Shown in pieces: positions 11,537-20,447 of a stretch of 64,000 bases of DNA. Position 1 is the first letter of the stretch. Each line of letters begins with the position of its first letter. The notes beneath the pieces are model-generated. The model was not told the origin of the DNA. It made no database searches and worked only from the letters and a program-made list of their open reading frames with translations. Origin of the DNA: Phoronis australis (Eukaryota > Animalia > Phoronida); the NCBI GenBank assembly GCA_002633005.1, contig NMRA01000169.1, positions 110,277 through 174,276 on the forward strand, written 5' to 3'. Both the position numbers and the translations under genes were made by a program.

Positions 11537-14002
11537 CTATCAACAGAACCCAAATGAAGACTAAACTTTTCGTTAATTCTCCGCAAATTTCTAGTAATTA
11601 CGGCTTTCATGAGGGTCGTTGGTACTAATTATGTGTTATTTCTAATCGATCGATCGTGTGCATCTCACCAGAAAAAAAAAACTTTTGTAAGTTCTTGCGA
11701 TTTCACCACGAAAAATAAGTTTTTAAATTACAATATTGTAAAAATTGCTAGTCTTTACATCTGGTGGCATACGGTCAACTTTCAGTAAAACTGAAAGTTC
11801 ACGAATTGTTTTTTTGCATAAAAACCGATGTCTTTGCATGAACAGAAGTAACTTTAAATGTAAAACTTATGGTGTTTCTGGGAAATTCTTTGACAGGCCA
11901 AACTTGGACTTGAGATAAAATGTAATGGCACCATCAGATACATCATCTATCACAAAAATCTAACTTTTGATTCAGAAAGTTTGACGTTTTGAAATTGGTC
12001 AAGGCTTCAAAAGAACTGACAGTTCGCTATTGTTTCAGACCAGATTTTACAAGGTGGCTTGATGTCACCGCATGCCATTTTATGCGCCGGCCATGGTCTT
12101 GAAAAGTAACGACATGCATCACTATCAGTTGGCTTCATCTGTCTATGTGAGGCTGACGCAGCCAAACCTGAAGGGATCGGTTAATGCCCCTCCAAAAATC
12201 CTGACCAGACAGAATTTTGGGACATAGCTCAGTGTTTAGACGATTTTTTAAGAACGGTACTCGATGTATGGAAATTTTACCCTGTCACATCATATTCGTT
12301 CTTAAACCGTCCGACTACTGTCCGAGCTATACCGAACTGAGGATGGGTGAAAACGTTCAAATTTCACATCATCAGATTTGGCGGAGAGTTTACGCTAAAG
12401 TTAAGCTTGTATGTAAAGAGAATGATTCTGAGCACATTGTCCACGTCACAACTGAAATTATCCCTTACGTACTGTGCTTCAATTCCAATATCCTTTACCT
12501 TCGGTGATAAAATGGTGGCGTACGGACGGCAAAACATGAAATGCCTGTAGTGCCGGAACGACTAGAAGGACCGGGATGCAGACAAAACGACATTCTCTGA
12601 TTCGCTCTCGATTTCCTGTTAGACATATTTTGCCATAACGAATGCGTTATAAGGCGATAAACCGTAATTTTTATTGAACTTTAATTTTCATTGGCTGAAC
12701 TTCCCGGTAGTTTGTTTTAAGGATGGTACTGCGACTGCTTCGCTCGGTTCAACATGCCTGAGCACTGCCGACCGACACGTCCATCAATCTGATCATGTAA
12801 TTTCCCAGACCATGCTTTCTGTTTCCTTTGATTACATGTACACATACATGAAACTGTTACATGTAGCTGTGTAAACTGGTGCCAAAAGCAGCCTTCGCTG
12901 CCACCGCCTTATCTTTTATAATTTGACAGTTTGAACAAGCTTTAATTTCCGGAAAGTGGCCAGGAATTAAATTTTTTATCACATTTTATTTACCTTGAAG
13001 TGAAGTGCACATGTTCCTTTTTATGCCATCGGAAATTGTTGCCTGTAATTATAAATGACACACATGACGATCTTCATCAAAATGGCTGCAAAATCCGTGA
13101 ATTATCGATATCCTACACACAAACCTGTCGCATGAGTAGCCTTATACTAAGACAAATAACTCTAATCGTCAACAACATCGATTAGTACTGATTTCTGCAC
13201 ACTTGTGTCACACTTAGCCCATTGAACAATCCAAGCTTTCTGGGCATGAAAACTATTGTCAATAAACATCTGAATAGCCAATGAAATTGAGTTTTTCAAA
13301 TGTGAACGGACACTTCAGTATGGTAACTACAAGCGTGCTTGTAGAACACGGCTAGCTCGGTAACCAATTGTCCTGTCTTATGAGAACAACTTCGATAATT
13401 GACCTACGGAAAAACGAAAACTGACTTTTGTAGTTGTAAATCTATTATTCTGAAATTGGATACATTCATAGAATATCTTTCCATCTCGTCAACTGAGGAC
13501 TCTAAATGTACATATATGCTTATTTTTTACAGAGGAAACAATTGCCTGTAATCAATAGCCCAAACTACGTTTCATTTACAGTTGAACCTGAACAAAAATA
13601 AGTGTGAGCATGTGAGAACGGTAAAATTGAGATGGTGGTGGTATATTCATGAATGAAGTTAACGATGGAGGTTATCAGGAGTGGTGGTGATATTGACCAT
13701 GACCACAATAGAAAATATCACAATGAAAAGTTTCAAATATCGTCCCTGTTTAAGCATGGAAAAAATGCGTGTAATTTTGCATTAAATAATCTAAATGAAA
13801 AGTATATGATTTTATAAAGTTTGACGAATGCGAGGACACAAACGTTTTCAACGAAAGATAATTCTGAACTCTGTTAATTTGAATCTTTTAAACCGCAATT
13901 TTATTTTTTTCCAAGTTTTACTTTAAGACTTGCTCACGGGAGGCAATCGTTTAAGATGGCATGAAATTAAAAAGCAAAGCCTACAGACTTTCTACTTTCC
14001 AG

Positions 14003-14412
14003 AAATGTGTATCTATACAGAGGAAATATGTATTTATAGAGAGATAATACGTATCTATACCGAGGTAATATGTATCTATACCGAGGTAATATGTATCTAT
14101 ACCGAGGTAATATGTATCTATACCGAGGTAATATGTATCTATACCGAGGTAATATGTATCTATACCGAGGTAATATGTATCTATACAGAGGTAATATGTA
14201 TCTATACAGAGGTAATATGTATCTATACCGAGGTAATATGTATCTATACCGAGGTAATATGTATCTATACCGAGGTAATATGTATCTATACCGAGGTAAT
14301 ATGTATCTATACCGAGGTAATATGTATCTATACCGAGGTAATATGTATCTATACAGAGCTAATATGTATCTATACAGAGGTAATATGTATCTATACAGAG
14401 GTAATTTCTATA
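14003..14412. repeat. 21-bp minisatellite (ATGTATCTATACCGAGGTAAT)n, about 19 units
   Basis: Directly visible near-perfect head-to-tail copies; produces the spurious ICIYTEV / MYLYRGN ORFs. Confidence 0.97.
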
Positions 14413-14747
14413 CTTTTATTGATATTTAGCTAAATGCACGTACTTGTCGATTAAGTCTTACATATCGTTAGCATTACTGTTTGTCAGAGATTAACTGTGG
14501 ATTTGTTTAAAAGGTAGCTGTGCTTTGAGATTGTGCGTAGATGCAGAGTGAATAATCAAATACAGTAATAAATTTATTATATGATAACCCCTAATTAGAC
14601 AAATGAAACCTATTGTTAATTAAGTAATCAACTACAAAGAAGAGTAACTACACTAGCGCCCTCTTTAAAGATTACCTCAATCAATCAACCAAAATAATTA
14701 AATGTCTAATCTGCTATCCAAGCTAGGACCAAGGAGTTTACCAGTAC

Positions 14748-17306
14748 AGGAGAGTTCACTCCGCCATTTTACCATTCGCCGCAATGGTTACCGGTCGAAA
14801 CACTAGCGCTCCAAACGGTGAATAATCAACACTTAGGCGCGCAGTCCGAACAATGTAAACACTCATAAATTCATACTTTAATGACATTCAACGTGCAATA
14901 AAATTACTGTGTGATTGAAAATGGTTAGAATACATAAACTGACACCCATTTGCAATCGAAAGAAAATGTGTATTTTAATCAATATTGAAGTGTATTTGTT
15001 TTTATTCTCTTGAAGCTCCCTTCAAAATCCATCATGGTTTTGTTTCATGCTTGAGTTCTTAACAAGGCAATTATCGTTCCTTATAGCAGTTCATACCTCC
15101 ATGGACTACATACTTTGAATGATTGCTCCTGGGGGTTCAGAGGGGAATCCCCCCAGGTGCCAGCTAAGGGGGTACCAGGCAAAAACCAGGTGGGCGCCAA
15201 ATGGGTGTTGACCCCCTCCCAGGGGGGTTACATGGGAGGAGTGCTAAACAGGTAAGAACCAGTGGGTATGTATGCCACATGGGTGTTGAGCCCCTCCCAT
15301 CGTCACACATTTTGGTTGCTCCCCTGACCATTGACAAACATGTTGCTCCCAGCTTACTGCTGGTTCACCCAACAATTTCGCATGTGTTCCCTATTCAATG
15401 CACCAGGCTACTAGCAATGCAGACAATTGTTTCGTGCAGTGGGTGTTACACAAGTTAGAAGAAGAAAGCAAGGCAATTCATCACTACCATAAAATCGTAA
15501 TACAATTTTAGAACATTCCATTATTTCTTAGACATGCCAGTATAGGGTAAACTCAATCCCACTCTCCCACTCACCAACAGTTGCAAGTCAGTTGCTAATC
15601 TATAGAATAGCTCACAACTTACAAAACGTAGTAACATTGAGTTTTTCATCAATCATAACTAGTCAAAGTTCAAAATGTCACGACAAAAAAATTAAGAGGT
15701 ACTGAACAGCAATCAAAATATTCACTACCCACATAGCTTCATACAAAACTGAATTAAAAAGACTTGGGTGATAAAACCAAAATTTTATTTTATATACCCA
15801 CTGTTCCTATTATCAATAACAGTAAATATTTCATGTAAGTTAAAGCCAGACCACAAGATCATATCTGATACCTAGCCACAACTGGGGCTTAAATTAATCA
15901 CAATCTCCAAAAACGTACAAAATAGGCAACACATAAAGTACCAATACAACAAGAAAATCTGACCACCCTTGTCACTCTCTATTAATTCACTAGTAAACAA
16001 CAGCACTTTTCGCCAAAGAAATGCGTTATAAATAAAGCTGAAAACTAATTTACTCACAGAGGTGTTTGTCATCGAGAAGCAAAATGATACGGATAGCTTG
16101 GGTTTAACAAAATTCCAGGCCACCATTCAGACCCTGAATGATCCATCAGTTTCATTTTGGCTCTCTCCAAATCACAGGCTAACCATTCATAAAATGTTTC
16201 AATCTGACCAACCTTAGTAAAATACGAAAACCAGATTTTGACTAATTGTCCTGTCTACACGTGATGTTCCAGTACTTGCTTTGTGAGACGATAATCAGAA
16301 ATGCAAAAAGCCTATTCCAGAGCTGTAATATAATTTCCGGAGAATTTTTTGACCCTGGTATTTTCATTTTTGGTGGATTCGGGACATCAAATATTGTACG
16401 TGCACTGCAGTCAATACCAGCTTGTTCTTCATTTATGAACATGGACTCCTCGAAGTGATGAGACCATAACTTGCAGTTCTTGGACAAATAGGCTGCCTCT
16501 CTATTCATAAGGTCAGCTCCCAGCGCTTGCACTTAAACAGAAATCTATGACTGAGAGACTCAGGAACAAACCTCATACTCACTAGGTTCACTAAAGTAGA
16601 CTACACTACAGAATTCCTGTCGTACTGTGATTGTGATAGAGACAAAAGCGTTTTGGTGTCAACTGAAAAAAACTCGGACTCAAATGTCGATCCACGAATA
16701 TTTTAACAGGGCCGCGCCCCCGCATCATTGACACATAGAATTAAGTTTTCGATGACGCACAGATTCTATAACTTGACACATAACAGACTTGTGGCCCTGT
16801 GGCTGTGATTGTGCCATGGCCGTGTCACCAGTCATATTACCCATGACCATGGGCATCGGTATGTTTTCCCAAAATTATGCCTGCGATCGTACGGGTGACA
16901 TTTTGATTTGGAATTCATGGACTGCAAGTATCCAAAAACCTGACGATCACATCGTACGCCCTTCCGCAGGCAGCCCAGCTGCACAGTAGGCCTAGCCTAC
17001 ACTGCAGACAACAGTGGCAACGGGAATGCGATCGACTTGTCTAACAACCGTGAACAGAACACTCAAAATGAAAGACAATGCATCATGTTATTGAATAACA
17101 GATAATCCTTACCTTTCTGGGTACTTTAGTTAGGAAACATAAAAAATGACACATCTGGTGTTTTTGTGGATGAATTCGTGCAATTTATAGCACTGCAAAA
17201 TGCGTCCTTCCCAATCGTTTTGGCGCTTCCTGGTTGACCGTAGCTTAGTCACCACTTGGTGGCGCTAGTAGTAGCGGTAACAGCGAACTCACTAGTGAAC
17301 TCTCCT
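14748..17306 (-). mobile_element. Non-autonomous THAP-bearing DNA transposon (ISL2EU/Harbinger-group-like ends)
   Basis: 13-bp perfect TIR AGGAGAGTTCACT (14748-14760) / AGTGAACTCTCCT (17294-17306) plus related subterminal GTTACCG..ACTAGCGC; flanks AC / AT; spliced THAP remnant inside. Confidence 0.7.
16340..17215 (-). pseudogene. Two-exon THAP domain remnant
   Basis: Exon 1 (about 17215-17113) FCSAINCTNSSTKTPDVSFFMFP then AG|GTAAG donor; exon 2 from 16531 CKRW..NCKLWSHHFEESMF..TIFDVPNPP; stop and frameshifts. Confidence 0.75.
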
Positions 17307-18283
17307 ATTCTACTGTACACTCCTTGCTAGGACTCTCCACTTGTTGGATGACTGTCCTGTTGGTGAATCTTCGAACTATACACACTGTATTGTGACAGTG
17401 TATTTGCTGGTCACCGTCTCTGGTGATGCAACACTTGCAGGCAATTTCTTCTACCCGCGATTCTTCTTGCTGGTCACAGTCTCTGGCTGGTGATGCAACA
17501 CTTAGGTAGTATCTTACTACCCACGATGCAAGTGACAAGCTCTTAGTTAACTTCTTGACCGTTAACACTTGTCCTTGCCAAGATCCTGTCTAGAATCTTC
17601 CACGAGATGGCTCTGTCATTCAATTTCCTTTGCACACTGTAGCAAGTCTGCAAGTCTTTACGCTTCAACGACTATAGCTCATCTGAACTTCTTTTTGACT
17701 TAAGCCCATATTATAATATTCTACTTATTTAGTGATTGGTTAATAGAAACCACATGATCATATCTAATCATATCATTGGCTGTTACAGTTTGTTCTCAGG
17801 ATTTTCTAGAATCTCTGGGGTACTTTGACCCAAGAACACCATCTAAAAATAGATTTTGACGTTAAAGTACATGTCTACAAATCTGCCCCATGATTTAAAA
17901 GTTCACATGCACAAATTTTGGGCAACTTAAAATGAATCTATTCTTACTGATTACTTAATCAATATTTATTCTTACCCTGTTCCTGACCCTTATCGCTTCA
18001 TACTGGGCGGGAGTAGCTGTCTTAAACCGTCTTCCGAGACGCTATTTATTCTCGTGAATTTGCTAGGTCATGGTTTTCACATACGAAACTAGGTTTACGG
18101 AGCACTTTTCTGACAATCGCCTTAAAGCTTGGCGTGTCGTAAATATATTCTTTATTTTTCTGCAGATTTATCTCGCCAACAAATCTACGTGCGATAGCGC
18201 CAAGATTCACGACAAGGGAGAGAGACGAAATAACCATTTGGTCCCTTATTAATTAAGACTGACACTGTCGGAGAGACTCTGAT

Positions 18284-20332
18284 ATGTTTCATACACCTGT
18301 TCTATCAAGATCCGTGGGCCCTCAAGAAGTAACTTCTATTTCAGGCCTCGGTTTGGAGATTGCAGATAACGATATCGAGGTTGTGAATATGGATGCACCA
18401 TGTGAAAGCTCCTCAAGAAGTGTGTTTATTCAAGCTGGGAACGGTGAGAAACCACCAGTAGATTACCTTCTTACCTTTGACAAGTATTCTTATTGGGCTA
18501 GGGCATTAGCACGAGGTGAGGTGCAAACAATTCAACGTGCTCTGGCAAGCTGTAATTCGGTTGAAGAACGAAATAAATTGACTGGTGGTCGCTTTGTTTA
18601 CCACGATGTCGCAGAAGCAAGGCAAACCTTTGGAGATGAGGTGTTACCAAATGTTATTGAGGACTATATCACCAGTGAAATGAAGGCAACCGGAGGAAAA
18701 CACGTGCGCGGCTTTTATCCTATACATATAGCCGCTGTTGCAGGTCATGCAAATATCCTTACCCAGCTTTTAAACGGTGGTGCTGATCCGACAGTAGTGG
18801 GTGTATTTGGGTGGAATGTTTTCCACTGTCTATCCGCTCTAGGTTGTCGTAAATCCCGAGAGAGTGTCGAAATTTACCGTCATTTATGCGCTCACGTGCT
18901 ACATGTAGGTCAGGATAATGGGTTGACAACTTTAGGTAAGCTCCTTATGCATGAGGATGCCGCGGGATTTAGACCCTTTGAACTGTCGGTCAAAATGTCT
19001 GCCTTTGATTTATCAAGGGCCATAATGAACACGGAAGACATCTACCGGTTTACAAAAACAGCCAATGGTTTTCACGACATCGCCTGGTTTGATGTGACAG
19101 ATTACAATATCGGACAAGACCGAATGTATAAAACGCCATTTGAGCTGTTCCGCTTTACGCGTTATTCTCAAATTGGCCGCGTGGACGAGGAGTCATTTTT
19201 GAACTCACCTCTGATGAAATGGGCGAACAGTTTTATGAAACACTATTGGTGGATAACTTTCATGTGGTTTGTTTATAGGACAGTTTATGTTACTCTGTTC
19301 ATCATATTCATGCAAGATTTCCTCATCAAGAAAATGTACGAAATGCGCGTAAATGTCGATTTCAGTGAGAAAAGGGCCGCCTTAAATTCCTCATTAAACA
19401 TGACGCTCGCTTCCCATAAGATAAACTGTCACGATAAGAGCAATGAAAGTGTGACGACAAGTGACGCGGTTATCATTTTACGTGTACTCCTTTATACTCG
19501 TCTAATTGGCACTATAATTTCGATCACATCCGACAGCTTTCAAACCATTAAGCATCGGAAATTCCAAAAAAACATGTTTGTATATGAATCCCATGGTGAT
19601 TACGTGGTAAGTAGTACCTTTTATTTGGTATGCGACGACGCCCATATAATTAGCGCCTTTATCGGACTTGAGGTGTCCATGTACGGCGACTTGTCCAACT
19701 CGCGTGACTGGCGAACTTTTCTCTACTTTTGCATCGCCATTGCAAGTATCTGCAACGTGTGGTCCTTACTGTTCTTTTTGAAATTGCTGCCAAAAGTAGG
19801 TCATTTCGTCATCATATTCCAGGAAATGATGATGAGTCTACTTAACTTCAGTATCATTTACGTCCTCATTCTCATCTCATTCTCCGTGACATTCTACGCG
19901 CTTCTGGGCAGTCAGTGCATGCGCGGTGATTTTGAATCATTTGGGCAGACTGTGTACACGACCTTCATACTCATGTTGAATATGGTTAATCTGTTGAATA
20001 ACGGGATTGAAATAGAACAGCCAGAGGGCATCATTGTCGTTTGCCTCCACATTACATACGTCCTTGTGGTCGCCATTTTGCTTCTTAACTTCCTAATTGC
20101 AGTCATGTCCGGGACAGTGTTGAAGGTTGCCGATAAGAAGTCACTCGTCACCGCCTTTCAGAAAATCGCAACCGTTGTAACGATTGAACGCAGGCTGGGT
20201 TTTTTGTTCAAACACATTCATCCACGCAATAAAGATTTTATCTATCAAAATGGCAGAGTGTACTTCCCATGCATGGTGGGTTATGACACAGACGGCTGTG
20301 ATGACGGGAACAGCATGGGCAGCGCACTGTAG
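18284..20332 (+). CDS. TRPV-like (TRPV5/6-resembling) cation channel, 682 aa, single coding exon; paralogue A1
   Basis: Ankyrin motifs (PIHIAAVAGHANILTQLLNGGADP, GWNVFHCL, GFRPFELS), six hydrophobic segments, S4-S5 linker VGHFVIIFQEMM, pore helix TVYTTFILMLNMVN, S6 AILLLNFLIAVMS, TRP helix ..IATVVTIERRL; upstream acceptor TTTATTTTTCTGCAG ending 18165. Confidence 0.92.
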   Translation: MFHTPVLSRSVGPQEVTSISGLGLEIADNDIEVVNMDAPCESSSRSVFIQAGNGEKPPVDYLLTFDKYSYWARALARGEVQTIQRALASCNSVEERNKLTGGRFVYHDVAEARQTFGDEVLPNVIEDYITSEMKATGGKHVRGFYPIHIAAVAGHANILTQLLNGGADPTVVGVFGWNVFHCLSALGCRKSRESVEIYRHLCAHVLHVGQDNGLTTLGKLLMHEDAAGFRPFELSVKMSAFDLSRAIMNTEDIYRFTKTANGFHDIAWFDVTDYNIGQDRMYKTPFELFRFTRYSQIGRVDEESFLNSPLMKWANSFMKHYWWITFMWFVYRTVYVTLFIIFMQDFLIKKMYEMRVNVDFSEKRAALNSSLNMTLASHKINCHDKSNESVTTSDAVIILRVLLYTRLIGTIISITSDSFQTIKHRKFQKNMFVYESHGDYVVSSTFYLVCDDAHIISAFIGLEVSMYGDLSNSRDWRTFLYFCIAIASICNVWSLLFFLKLLPKVGHFVIIFQEMMMSLLNFSIIYVLILISFSVTFYALLGSQCMRGDFESFGQTVYTTFILMLNMVNLLNNGIEIEQPEGIIVVCLHITYVLVVAILLLNFLIAVMSGTVLKVADKKSLVTAFQKIATVVTIERRLGFLFKHIHPRNKDFIYQNGRVYFPCMVGYDTDGCDDGNSMGSAL

Positions 20333-20447
20333 GGGGCTGGGGGGTTATAGCCCCCCCCCCGACTTTTTCAGTGTTACGCCGCACATGGTCTATAGGCGGT
20401 GCGCCACAGGAGGGCGCACCGCTTTCTTCAGTGCTGTGCCGCCCATG
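20314..20447. mobile_element. 134-bp MITE with imperfect TIRs and 5-bp TSD, overlapping the end of the A1 CDS
   Basis: CATGGGCAGCGCACTG ... CAGTGCTGTGCCGCCCATG; AACAG at 20309-20313 and 20448-20452; related copy at 43908-44061. Confidence 0.85.

Noticed and set aside
13930-14433. 167-aa and 119-aa repetitive ORFs; possible CRISPR-like array
   Set aside because: Head-to-tail 21-bp minisatellite without unique spacers; ORFs are a by-product of the unit length.
19912-20151. Short antisense ORFs overlapping channel genes (also 31653, 61788, 62615)
   Set aside because: Shadow frames of real coding sequence.
18284-20332. Assigning gene symbols TRPV5/TRPV6, nan or iav
   Set aside because: Similarity is family-level only; filter and TRP-box residues differ and orthology cannot be shown without a tree.
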